Positions 40,701-48,587 of a stretch of 64,000 nt of DNA are shown here, one piece after another. The notes beneath the pieces were generated by a model. That model ran no database searches. It was not told the DNA's origin and saw nothing but the letters and a program-made list of their open reading frames with translations. A program made the position numbers and the translations under genes. Source of the stretch: Amoebophrya sp. A120. Its lineage: Eukaryota; Protista; Dinoflagellata. Each line of letters starts with the position of its first letter. Position 1 is the first letter of the stretch. The stretch is from positions 1,117,876-1,181,875 of the forward strand of contig CAJINV010000006.1 in the NCBI GenBank assembly GCA_905178155.1, in the 5' to 3' direction.

Positions 40701-43700
40701 CCCGCCGTTGAGTACTAGTAGTACATCTTCTTCATCTTCAGCGGCAATTTCAAGTACAACATTGAGCAGTGGTAGTAGCAGTACATCAGCCTCTACTTCG
40801 GTTATCAACGTGAACAGCCTAGAACTGTACCCCGCGAGTAAGCACTTCGAGGTTCCCGACGGACTTTTCCTCACCAGTGGTTGCTTCTCGGAGAATCAGT
40901 TAGACGCATCTACTTTAGCAACAGCGATGGTCGCCGGAGCAGCTGGTTCATCTTCAACATCTCTCCTGCAACTACAGGACCAACAGCAAATATGGATGTG
41001 TCAGGTTTGAAATCGTCAAAGTTGAAATAGTTTGTCATGCATGAAACGGATACCAGTTAGCCCTACAGTTTGTAGTCGGTGCATGAGAAATTTTCCCGGT
41101 CCTGGAAGCGAGTCTGTCATGCGGTTTAGGGCAAAAGAGCTGCCTTCTGTCATGCTAGTTAGCAGGCGAACTTTTGAGCCTTACCAGGACTATAATCTGC
41201 CTCCCGTGGGTCCTCTGCAATAGAGTCGCGTTTCCGTTTTGTATCGCATTTTATGCATTACAAATTATTCCAACTTTGACGATTTCAAACCTGACGCTTC
41301 CATAGCAAACGCAACAGGAATACCTGGAATCCATTCTCGCCTGTATCAAATGTAAAAATGTCTGGGTCTGGAAGATTAGAACTTGTCATGCTAAATCTGA
41401 ATGATGCAAAAATCTGTGTTGCGTGGGTGCCAAAAGCTGTCTGCTTTTGACCAAGTTGAGAGGGGGTTTCTCATGCAGGAAAGGCATGATAGAGACCTCA
41501 AAGAATCTGTCATGCTGGGTCTCGCATTCCAGACCTCATGGGTCATGGAAAACCTGCGTCGCAAATCTTGTATTCTTCCAGACCCAGACACTTTTACATT
41601 TGATAGCCTGTACGAAGCAGCAAAAGGCGGACTTGCCGTTCGGGAATAAGATCACCGGGATTTCTTTAACCGATCGGTTGAAGAAGCCGCAGGGGATTAA
41701 CTTACCCTTGAAAATAACGTTAAAAGTGAAGGCGAAGAAGTTGCCGTGGCAAGACGAGCGGCAAGCGGTAATGTCGACTGGCGCCCCTGTGACGGCAAAC
41801 ACCGTTACCGACGCCGCAAACTACTGGTATGGCGTTCTCAACTGTTACATTCTCAGCTGTTACATGAATTTGTCATGCAAAAATACCTTGAGCCGCCAGA
41901 TGGTGAAGCTGCTTCGCATGACAAATCAGGTAAGGGCTAGACAGCACCTAAATCTGTGCGGGATTTGTAATGCAAAAGGCGCGACCCTCCTCCTTTCACT
42001 TGTGCCATTCTTGCATTACAAATACAAACTCATGTAACAGTTGAGAATGTAACGTTTGAGAACGCCATAACTGGTACCTGATCGCAACAACCTTCAACGC
42101 CACGACCGGCCAGGTGATATGGAGTTCTCACACGTTACAGTTTTCTCAACTGTTAGTTACATGATTTGTCATGCAAAATGACCATGAGCCGCCAGACGAT
42201 CAAGTTGGTTCGCATGACAAATTCTCCCTCGGAAGGCTAAATAGCACTAGAATCCGTGCTGGTGCCAAATCTGTAATGCAAGACGCGCAAGGTTCTCCCT
42301 CTCACCTGTGCTATTCTTGCATTACGCATCCATCTAACAGTTGAGGATGTAACGTTTAAGAGCCCCATAGGTGACCATCGTCGGCTGGGACAGGATCGTC
42401 AACGCGGAAGTGGAAGAAAAATTGCCGCAACTTTTCCCGACGCTCGAAGCTAATTCAGACAAACTTTTAGTGAAGCAATTCAACATCAACTTTATCCAGG
42501 CGGCGTATTCCTTAGCGGCCACGCAGGTTTTGGTCAAAATTCAACTGCAACTCCGCTCGCCTTTACCCTTGTTATGGAACTGTCAGGATCGAAATTGACA
42601 AAATTGAAAAATTTGTGATGCATAAAACCGATCGCAGTTTGGAGCCCAATTTCTATGCGGCGCATGACAAATTTCGGCGTCATCGAAATCCAGTTTGTCA
42701 TGCCGTTTAGCGAAAGACGGCATCCTTTGCCATGCTACTTTAGCAGTGCTGCCCCAAACCCCAAACAGGCTGGCGATCGGCCTCATTTGCAATCCCTGCA
42801 AGACAGTCACTTCGTGCCTTGCATTTTATGCATCACAGATTATTTCAACTTTGTCGATTTCGATCCTGAAGCTTCCATACTTGTTCGGGAAAATTTACAT
42901 CCAGGCGCCGGTAGACTACCAGTTTTACTGTACGGGGTTGCGGGTAGTACAGGAGAACGTGGAGCCGAATTATAGTGTGGGGTATGCTGCAGATGAAGCA
43001 GGAGTTAGTCTTGCAACTGGAAGTAGTAGCACGACTTTACTCGACGCCACCGCAGCTAAAACTGCGGGCCAGCAACTGTACTACCAAAACCACGCGGAGT
43101 ACTACCTGAAAAAGCCGTTCTGCCAGCGGAATCCGCAGACAAAGTTTCTCCAGCGGTGCCAGCAGTATCAAATGTAAATATGTCTGCGTCTGGAAGACCG
43201 CAGAAGTTTGTCATGCTGTTTTTCCGTGACGCGACAGGTCTGGCATGCAGGCCCTAGCATTACAGGTCTTGAGAAGGTATCTCAATGCCTAATCCGCATG
43301 ACAAATTCCCTTTTTCGGTGACACAAAGTGGGCCACTTCTGCTGTGCGCGCATGACAGATTTTTGTGTGATTTGAGATGCGCATGACAACTTTGCATCCT
43401 TCCAGACCCGGACAGATTTGCAATGCATAAGCAGCTGAACCAAACGATACTAGCAGCGCAGCACGAAATCGAGGTTTTGCAAAACCGCACGGTGTACCTG
43501 CAAACGCTGTTCGCAACGAAGACGCAGTCTGAAATGAACACGTTGGAACGGGTATGCATTGGAAGTATACCTTTTTTGTGTAGGTCTGGATTTCGATTTG
43601 GTTTGTGATGCGAGATTTGAAGGAGAATTGCGGCTTCTTTTGTCGTGCTTGAGGCCATTTTGTTATGCCACGTACTGATAAGATCGGAACAAGCTTCCAG

Positions 43701-46700
43701 ACTGCACTACAGCAGACCGGCTTCGACTACCATCCAAGGAGCAGCAACACAAAAATCTCAATGACAAATCAGCTGCATGTTTCCGCCATACTCAGACATA
43801 CTTCCCTTCCATACCGGGAAATCTGGCGAACGGAGACCGTGAACGGAACGAAAGCGAAGGTTTGGAACCTCACTATGGGCTTGAACGAAACGAAATTTTT
43901 TTTCCAAAAATGCAAACCCTTTTCGGAAGTCATGTTGGACTTTGTGGAAGAGAAGATTTACACGAAACCTTCCTACGACGAACAGTTGTTGCTGTCTCCG
44001 CAACACAGATTCGATTCCTTGTCCACGCTTTTGACCCGCAACGTCCGCGTAAACAACGGGCAATTGACCGGGTTTGTCGTGCGCGAAGACAAGACCTGGC
44101 CGGTGGCGATCGACAACGCAAAAGGGAATTTGGACATTCTGCTCTACGCACAACTACCCTACACCCAACTGCCCCGGGAGGTGAAGGTGCCCGTACCCGA
44201 GTACGTGGCAGCTTCGGGATTTCTGATGTCCTCTTCGAGCAACACGGGAACTACCAGCGGTGCGACGACGACGATGCAACAAGGAGAAGAGGAATCTACG
44301 ACGTCATTAACGGTCGACTACTCGCAGTCGCGACACAATACCTGGACGATTTACATCCTAGACCGGTTTCAGCGAGTGCTGGATTCGAACGCGCATTACA
44401 AGGTGTCCGCAGCAAATGCCCCGGCGGAGCAGCTAGTAGAGACGGTAGGGGGAGGAGGAGGTGGAGGAGGAGCTGCAGGGGGCTTTAACACTGGTGTTGT
44501 TCTTGACAAAGTCTTGCACCAGGAAGACCTCGTGATAGACAAGGTTGGTTTGTTTTGGCAGAGCCGGTGTCGCTACCCAAATGAGGAGCAGGTGTTCTCC
44601 AGTTTACTCGGGGCACCGGTGTGTGACGAAGACGAAACGGCGGAGGACGAGGCATTTTCAACCGGCGGTGAAAAAGACGGCGATCAAATGAGCGATCTCA
44701 TGCCCCCCGCGGGGGGTAGCGCCAGTACCACGACTGCAGGAGGAAGCACGGGCGCGAGGAACGACACTGCTGGATATCAAATGCAAATATGTCTGGGTCT
44801 GGAACATTCCAAGGTTTGTCATGCACATTTTGCATGACCCGTGATGTCTGCGATGTATGCCCCAGCATCACAAATTTTTTGCGGGTATCTTGATGCCTAT
44901 CCCGCATGACAAATGCCTTCTCCGCGGAGCAAAAACTGGACGCCTCTTGCTGCTCATGCAACACTGACCTAAACGTCACGGGGGAAGTGCGCCGTGCAGT
45001 AGAGGCGTGCACAGGGGAGCTCGATAAGAAGGGGAAGCCCACGGAGATTGCAAAGCTAATCGACTTCACCGGGCAGGCGAACATCTTGCGCGAGATCGAA
45101 ACCCCAGAGCAGCCCGCGCAGGACCTCCAGACTGAGTATTGCAACATTGTGAGAGAGGTCTGCAGCTGGTCGGACTTCGACATCACGCCGGACCTTCCGA
45201 ACCTGCCCGAGCTGTACGCGGACTCCACGTTGCCCCGCCCCCGCAGCTGGCGGATCCGCGAGATCAGGTGTGCGTGCATCCCCTGTCTCCGAACAAACTC
45301 GCTTAGGCCGAAGAAGCTTGGCTCACTCCGCCTCGCGTTCATCCACATGCGAGTCAACCAGCAGCAGGCCACAGAGGAAAAGTTTGCGGCGGCGTTTGCA
45401 CCCCCGCCCCCGCCACCGCAGCCACAAAGACCGCTGCCAAAGCGCAAGCACAATGACACCCCGCCGCGGGTCAAGCAGGCGCTCGAGCTGCGGGGGGCAA
45501 GCAAGTCCCTCCCGGCGGGGGTCACTTACAACAAGAAAACGCAGAAGCTGTTAGTGACGGTCCGAGTGAAGATGGACGACGACGGGGAGACCTACCCACT
45601 GAGCAAAGTGGTCGACCCGGAATTGTCCGCAACGGCCGAGGAGGCGCTGGAGGCCGCACAGCAAGCCCGCAAGGACGTGCTTGCGAACTATCGCGAGCGG
45701 GTCGACGCCATCCGGGCGCAACGCGCGCAGCGAGCTGAGGCCCCCGCCCCGCCGCTCGGGGGTCTCGCACAATGAAGTCGAAGAAAGGAAAGAATTTGTT
45801 CTGAAATTGAAATCAAGAGGTTCTTCACGGTGAAGTTCCTCAAATAGACTCCTCATTTTGAGTAGAAGTCTCGCGTACTAAACGCGAACACTGTAAACTG
45901 TAAACTGTAAATACAGATTTTTTTAGATTCCAAAAATAGCATCACAAATTGCATTCTTCCAGACCCAGACATTTTTGCAATCCATACTGGAGCAGGAGCA
46001 TTAGCTACGACTTCTGCAACGACATCCTCATCATCGGCAAGAAACCTTGAGGCTGCTCTTCAGAACGTACATGGTAAAAAAAGAAGAACGACCGACAACG
46101 AAGCGGGAGCGGCTACAAGAAGTAGAGAAGATGAAGAAAGTACTACAGGAGGTCCAGGTGGTACGCCCACGCAAAAAGAAGTACAACTCGTACCACATCA
46201 ACGGTCCCTCCAATCGTCCATTGGCAGCAGCAGCAGCAGCTCTCCTGCAGCTGTCATCTCCGATAGTACAACTGGATCATCCACCTCTGCAACCGTGGAT
46301 CGGAAATGCGTGCTGCCAAAAGATTACTACTACTTCCGGAAACAAACCTCTACTTCCGCAGGATCAGTCCCGATCCCCACCGGCTGGACGAGGCAGCAGG
46401 CGGAATATCCAGCGCAAAAGCTCTTGTTTCGTAGTGGTTGTAGAAGTACTCATTGCAGTTGTGACCACGCATCACAGATTTCTGCGTTGATGGCGTTCAT
46501 GATCCCCCGAACTGAATTAGTTGCTTGATCTTGATGTCGAATTCCATGATAGATTTTCTCGTTGAAAAACAAATGTCAATGTGTGTTGCGAAAAGCTCCA
46601 CCAGTAGCTCCTGTACACCGAAGATTCTTTTGCAAAGTGCATACATAGGCCACCACCGCAAAAAGCCGGCCCCACGTGCAGCGGTCGCTGTTTCACATCG

Positions 46701-48587
46701 GTTTTGAGGTCAAAGCGGACATTTTGAAGAAACACCAGTTTCCCGTGATATCCGTGGAGTTGCCTATCAAATGCAAATGTGTCTGGGTCTGGAAGACTGC
46801 GAAATTTGTCATGCTTGGTTGTCTAGCATGAGCAAAAAGTTTGTGATGCGTGTCCAAGAAAAGACCCTTTTGCTTGTCATGCAAAAACGAAGTTTGTCAT
46901 GCGAAAAACGGAACAAAAAGCCTCGCAAATATTTCTCATGCTTGGCTGTGCATTACAGTAGAGCATTCACTATTCACAGCCCAGCATTACAAGTTTCCAG
47001 ACCCAGCAGACATGTTTGCGATGCATATTGCCGGATTTGGTACCAGTGGACGTGGCGATGCTCATGAGCAAGGCGGGGTCGGGTCCTCAACAGGGTGTAC
47101 AATTACCCACTGCAGCAATATCAAATGCTGGGAGCAGCAGCAGCAACGGGGCATTAGAGACGGTTGTAAGCATCCAAGACGGCTTTCAGTTCATCATTCA
47201 GCACGCCACGGACATCGTATGAGAGTGCACAACTCCCCCTCTCCCTCATTTGTATTGCATGAACAGCAATACAAACGGCAGCGGCCCTGGAGCCTGTGCA
47301 TGAAAAATTTATGTACCTACTGTAGTACAACTGCTACTGTTTGGGCTTTCGAAATTTGTCATGCATAATAGTGAAGCAGGGGAGCAACTGGAATTGTGGA
47401 TTTTGCATGAGAAATGAGAACGAGGGGGAGTTGTGCACTGTCATACATCGAGGTTTTGACGCCGGAGTTCCCCGCACCCGACTGGGGCTGGATCCCCACG
47501 GGGCAGCCCGGCTCGGAGTTCAAACCGATAACCAAGCTCTTTTTCCGGCTCGCCGGGAAGATCAACGGCAAAAGCTGGTGGGACCGCGACTTTCCCGGGC
47601 CCGTCACCAAAACTTCCGCGTCGCAACTCCTCACTGCCAAAGAGCAAGGGGAGGTGTTTCTGCGAAAAAACCAGCACTTTCTGATCAATATCCTGTGCAA
47701 AAGTATCGCATTCGTAGTAATTGTATCTACGCACTACAAATCTCTTTTTCAAGGTAAATCAGCATTACAAATTTACTTAATTTGTAATGCTGCGCTAGTT
47801 TGTCATGCAGCTTATCCTAGTGCGATGCTTTTGCAATTCATAATCAAGGTGCCCGTGGAGTGGCCAAGGTACGAAACTGGGTTTCCAATATGCATTGCAA
47901 AAATGTCTGGGTCTGAGAGGATGTAACCTGTGATGCGCATTTCAGAACACACAAAAATCTCTCATGCATAGGTAGCAAAAGCTGCCCACTTTCTGTCACC
48001 AAAATGGGGGATTTGTCATGCGGGTTCGGCATTGCGGAAGCTTCTCGAAACCTGTGATGCTAGAGCTTCCATGCCAGACCTGCTGTGTCATGCAGAAACA
48101 GCATGACCACTCTTCCAGACCCAGACATTTTTACATTTGATTTCCGAAGTTGAAGAACAATTTCGTGAAGGTGAAATTCTGCTTCGATTTCCCCTTCTGT
48201 TTGGAGCAGCTGGCGGAGTACAGTGTACCTGGGCCGGTAGGATACCACGTCGTGCCCTTGCAGTTTGGAAGCAGTAGTAGCACAAATCCAAGGGCGTCCT
48301 CTACCGATGGTGCATCAACAGCTGCGTCTTCTGCAGCACAACATTCTGGCCTGTGGGAGGAGTTTCAGCTGAAGACGCCGGAGTGCGAGGTGCCCGTGTT
48401 CGAGAACACAGGCATCGGTAGTGGCAGCCGCGGATGGGAGAGCAGTGCGACTTCTATTCATTTTCGGAGAACTGGAACAAGGTGGTCGGCGGGGCAGCTG
48501 CTGCTCGGTGGACAAACCTTTTCCCAGCAGTCGCTGTTGTTCTTTGGCGGCTTTGTCGGGCTTTGGGTGCTGCTCGTCCTCACGTGA
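7741..48587 (+). CDS. Giant (~7,336 aa) predicted secreted, GPI-anchored surface protein; multi-exon gene split by 75 TIR introner elements at 74 sites
   Basis: ATG at 7741 gives MPSSFVQRLLVIFFHLA|LLLADT (signal-peptide-like) after removing the first element. Removing each element plus 5 nt keeps the frame open at every junction and links ORF-track pieces (8109, 8504, 9892, 10473, 11302, 11943 ... 43665, 46295, 47414, 48150). Span 40,847 minus 18,836 removed = 22,011 nt, divisible by 3. Ends SLLFFGGFVGLWVLLVLT-TGA. Confidence 0.88.
7793..8044. mobile_element. Introner family A
   Basis: TIRs; TSD AGCAC/GGCAC; removal restores frame. Confidence 0.93.
8311..8484. mobile_element. Introner family B (TIR core TGCAAAAGTATCGTACTCGTA)
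   Basis: TSD GCAGA/GCAGA; frame restored. Confidence 0.93.
8652..8913. mobile_element. Introner family A
   Basis: TSD GATCT/GATCT; frame restored. Confidence 0.93.
8955..9562. mobile_element. Introner family D with ~340-bp internal insert
   Basis: TATGGGGCTCTCAAACGTTACA...TGTAACATTTGAGAACGCCATA; TSD TGGGC/TGGGC. Confidence 0.9.
9627..9886. mobile_element. Introner family A
   Basis: TSD ACCGG/ACCGG; frame restored. Confidence 0.93.
10091..10229. mobile_element. Introner family B
   Basis: TSD GTTCC/ATTCC; frame restored. Confidence 0.92.
10310..10468. mobile_element. Introner family B
   Basis: TSD GCACA/GCGCA; frame restored. Confidence 0.92.
11136..11335. mobile_element. Introner family F-like
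   Basis: AAAAAAGTGTTACAGTTACAC inverted repeat; TSD CAGTT/CAATT. Confidence 0.9.
11612..11764. mobile_element. Introner family B
   Basis: TSD CACAG/CACAG; frame restored. Confidence 0.93.
11825..12095. mobile_element. Introner family A
   Basis: TSD CACAA/CACAA; frame restored. Confidence 0.93.
12418..12565. mobile_element. Introner family B
   Basis: TSD GTTGC/GATGC; frame restored. Confidence 0.92.
12740..13009. mobile_element. Introner family A
   Basis: TSD TGCTA/TGCTA; frame restored. Confidence 0.93.
13222..13441. mobile_element. Introner family E (AACTGTTTCACTGT inverted repeat)
   Basis: TSD TCAAC/TCAAC; frame restored. Confidence 0.93.
13799..14059. mobile_element. Introner family A
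   Basis: TSD AGATG/AGATG; frame restored. Confidence 0.93.
14584..14731. mobile_element. Introner family B
   Basis: TSD ACGAC/ACGAC; frame restored. Confidence 0.93.
15044..15200. mobile_element. Introner family B
   Basis: TSD GAGTA/GAGTA; frame restored. Confidence 0.93.
15908..16058. mobile_element. Introner family B
   Basis: TSD GAATG/GAATG; frame restored. Confidence 0.93.
16143..16417. mobile_element. Introner family G (AAAACGTCCCCACC inverted repeat)
   Basis: TSD AACCG/AACCG; frame restored. Confidence 0.92.
16783..17019. mobile_element. Introner family D
   Basis: TSD TCTGA/TCCGA; frame restored. Confidence 0.92.
17060..17215. mobile_element. Introner family B
   Basis: TSD GCTGA/GCTGA; frame restored. 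Confidence 0.93.
17310..17579. mobile_element. Introner family A
   Basis: TSD ATCTA/ATCTA; frame restored. Confidence 0.93.
17634..17767. mobile_element. Introner family B
   Basis: TSD CTTTT/CTTTT; frame restored. Confidence 0.93.
17844..18171. mobile_element. Introner family H (CTCCCCATATC inverted repeat), right end degenerate
   Basis: TSD CGTGT/CGTGT; frame restored. Confidence 0.88.
18225..18488. mobile_element. Introner family A
   Basis: TSD GTGTG/GTGTG; frame restored. Confidence 0.93.
19852..20104. mobile_element. Introner family A
   Basis: TSD GGGGG/GGGGG; frame restored. Confidence 0.93.
21200..21467. mobile_element. Introner family A
   Basis: TSD ACGTC/ACGTC; frame restored. 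Confidence 0.93.
21523..21738. mobile_element. Introner family I
   Basis: TSD TCAGC/TCAAC; frame restored. Confidence 0.92.
21848..22170. mobile_element. Introner family H
   Basis: TSD CTGTG/CTGTG; frame restored. Confidence 0.92.
22667..22816. mobile_element. Introner family B (ends CATG)
   Basis: TSD decayed CTTCC/TCTCC; frame restored. Confidence 0.85.
22915..23178. mobile_element. Introner family A
   Basis: TSD TTTTG/TTTTG; frame restored. Confidence 0.93.
23232..23476. mobile_element. Introner family D
   Basis: TSD TTGGT/TTGGG; frame restored. Confidence 0.92.
23540..23756. mobile_element. Introner family F
   Basis: TGTGTAAGTGTAA inverted repeat; TSD TGGTA/TGGTA. Confidence 0.93.
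24094..24372. mobile_element. Introner family G
   Basis: TSD TCAAC/TCAAC; frame restored. Confidence 0.92.
24918..25092. mobile_element. Introner family J
   Basis: TSD AAACG/AAACG; frame restored. Confidence 0.9.
25310..25469. mobile_element. Introner family B
   Basis: TSD GATTA/GATTA; frame restored. Confidence 0.93.
25549..25762. mobile_element. Introner family E (inverted relative to 13222)
   Basis: TSD TAAAA/TAAAA; frame restored. Confidence 0.93.
26143..26296. mobile_element. Introner family B
   Basis: TSD GTTCA/GGTCA; near-identical to 39074-39223. Confidence 0.93.
26352..26629. mobile_element. Introner family A
   Basis: TSD CCACG/CCACG; frame restored. Confidence 0.93.
26785..27069. 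mobile_element. Introner family G
   Basis: TSD TCGAG/TCGAG; frame restored. Confidence 0.93.
27141..27408. mobile_element. Introner family A
   Basis: TSD CCTAC/CCTAC; frame restored. Confidence 0.93.
27517..27731. mobile_element. Introner family E (first of back-to-back pair)
   Basis: TSD CTGGC/CTGGC. Confidence 0.93.
27737..27945. mobile_element. Introner family E (second of pair, opposite orientation)
   Basis: TSD CTGGC/CTGGC. Confidence 0.93.
27980..28289. mobile_element. Introner family C
   Basis: TSD AAGCG/AAGCG; frame restored. Confidence 0.93.
28544..28656. mobile_element. Introner family B (short)
   Basis: TSD CGAAT/CGAAT; frame restored. Confidence 0.9.
28701..28857. mobile_element. 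Introner family J
   Basis: TSD ACGAA/ACGAA; frame restored. Confidence 0.92.
29625..29775. mobile_element. Introner family J
   Basis: AAATTTCCCGTACAT inverted repeat; TSD CAATG/GAATG. Confidence 0.92.
30390..30559. mobile_element. Introner family B
   Basis: TSD CTGTG/CTGCA; frame restored. Confidence 0.9.
30607..30858. mobile_element. Introner family A
   Basis: TSD CTTCT/CTTCT; frame restored. Confidence 0.93.
30899..31211. mobile_element. Introner family C
   Basis: TSD GTCCA/GTCCA; frame restored. Confidence 0.93.
32410..32832. mobile_element. Introner family G with internal 115-bp insert
   Basis: TSD decayed GCTGC/CCTCC; frame restored. Confidence 0.85.
33620..33886. mobile_element. 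Introner family A
   Basis: TSD TGAAG/TGAAG; frame restored. Confidence 0.93.
33962..34129. mobile_element. Introner family B
   Basis: TSD GTTTT/GCTTT; frame restored. Confidence 0.9.
34202..34410. mobile_element. Introner family F
   Basis: TSD GACTT/GACGT; frame restored. Confidence 0.92.
35188..35496. mobile_element. Introner family C
   Basis: TSD AAGTG/AAGTG; frame restored. Confidence 0.93.
36392..36543. mobile_element. Introner family B
   Basis: TSD GAATT/AAATT; frame restored. Confidence 0.92.
37003..37272. mobile_element. Introner family A
   Basis: TSD CGATC/CGATC; frame restored. Confidence 0.93.
37377..37542. mobile_element. Introner family B, degenerate
   Basis: Starts GATCCCGTGG; TSD lost (GATAT/CATGA), but removal of element + 5 nt restores frame. 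Confidence 0.75.
37614..37770. mobile_element. Introner family B
   Basis: TSD AAGAA/AAGAA; frame restored. Confidence 0.93.
38076..38389. mobile_element. Introner family H
   Basis: TSD TGCCG/TGCCG; frame restored. Confidence 0.9.
38878..39026. mobile_element. Introner family B
   Basis: TSD TCCAA/TTCAA; frame restored. Confidence 0.92.
39074..39223. mobile_element. Introner family B
   Basis: TSD CATCT/CATCT; frame restored. Confidence 0.93.
39417..39756. mobile_element. Introner family A, degenerate/expanded
   Basis: TSD CCGAT/GCGAC; frame restored. Confidence 0.85.
40991..41304. mobile_element. Introner family C
   Basis: TSD GCAAA/GCAAA; frame restored. Confidence 0.93.
41344..41605. mobile_element. 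Introner family A
   Basis: TSD GCCTG/GCCTG; frame restored. Confidence 0.93.
41828..42069. mobile_element. Introner family D
   Basis: TSD ACTGG/ACTGG; frame restored. Confidence 0.93.
42118..42369. mobile_element. Introner family D
   Basis: TSD GGTGA/GGTGA; one register (42114-42370) is GT-AG. Confidence 0.93.
42573..42879. mobile_element. Introner family C
   Basis: TSD CTTGT/CTTGT; frame restored. Confidence 0.93.
43166..43429. mobile_element. Introner family A
   Basis: TSD AGCAG/AGCAG; frame restored. Confidence 0.93.
43553..43813. mobile_element. Introner, singleton family K
   Basis: TATGCATTGGAAGTAT...ATACTTCCCTTCCATA; TSD ACGGG/CCGGG; frame restored. Confidence 0.85.
44906..45775 (+). 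CDS. Cargo ORF fragment with degenerate C2H2-like finger and C-terminal AP2-like domain
   Basis: CACIPC...SLRLAFIHMRVNQ (45269-45361) and LPAGVTYNKKTQKLLVTV...EEALEAAQQARKDVL (45509-45682). The ATG at 44906 lies in the host introner, so the native start is missing. Confidence 0.55.
   Translation: MTNAFSAEQKLDASCCSCNTDLNVTGEVRRAVEACTGELDKKGKPTEIAKLIDFTGQANILREIETPEQPAQDLQTEYCNIVREVCSWSDFDITPDLPNLPELYADSTLPRPRSWRIREIRCACIPCLRTNSLRPKKLGSLRLAFIHMRVNQQQATEEKFAAAFAPPPPPPQPQRPLPKRKHNDTPPRVKQALELRGASKSLPAGVTYNKKTQKLLVTVRVKMDDDGETYPLSKVVDPELSATAEEALEAAQQARKDVLANYRERVDAIRAQRAQRAEAPAPPLGGLAQ
44962..45911 (+). mobile_element. 5'-truncated non-LTR-retrotransposon-like insert nested inside a family A introner
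   Basis: Interrupts the family A sequence between CATGCAA and TACAGATTT. GC-rich open frame to the stop at 45775, then a short 3' UTR and an (ACTGTAA)x3 tail at 45890-45910. Confidence 0.65.
46406..46643. mobile_element. Introner family B-like, degenerate
   Basis: TSD lost (CGGAA/CATAG); removal of element + 5 nt restores frame. Confidence 0.78.
46765..47027. mobile_element. Introner family A
   Basis: TSD TTGCC/TTGCC; frame restored. Confidence 0.93.
47218..47445. mobile_element. Introner family L
   Basis: TATGAGAGTGCACAACTCCCCCTC...GAGGGGGAGTTGTGCACTGTCATA; TSD CATCG/CATCG. Confidence 0.93.
47689..47842. mobile_element. Introner family B
   Basis: TSD ATCAA/ATCAA; frame restored. Confidence 0.93.
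47889..48142. mobile_element. Introner family A (close inverted copy of 7793-8044)
   Basis: TSD TCCAA/TCCGA; frame restored. Confidence 0.92.

Larger units (their letters stand above)
44775..45986. mobile_element. Introner family A carrying ~950-bp coding cargo
   Basis: Intact TIRs; TSD CTGGA/CTGGA; frame restored (DTAG|AGALA). Confidence 0.92.

Noticed and set aside
44906-45775. Autonomous transposase for the introners
   Set aside because: No DDE, tyrosine-recombinase or reverse-transcriptase motifs are visible, and it is a secondary 5'-truncated insertion into a normal family A copy.
7793-48142. CRISPR-like repeat-spacer array or integron cassettes
   Set aside because: The repeats are paired inverted ends of discrete elements with TSDs, and the intervening DNA joins into one eukaryotic ORF. 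No cas or integrase genes are present.
7741-48587. Pseudogene destroyed by transposons
   Set aside because: No stop or frameshift remains after rule-based removal, even where elements are heavily decayed, which implies selection on the spliced product.
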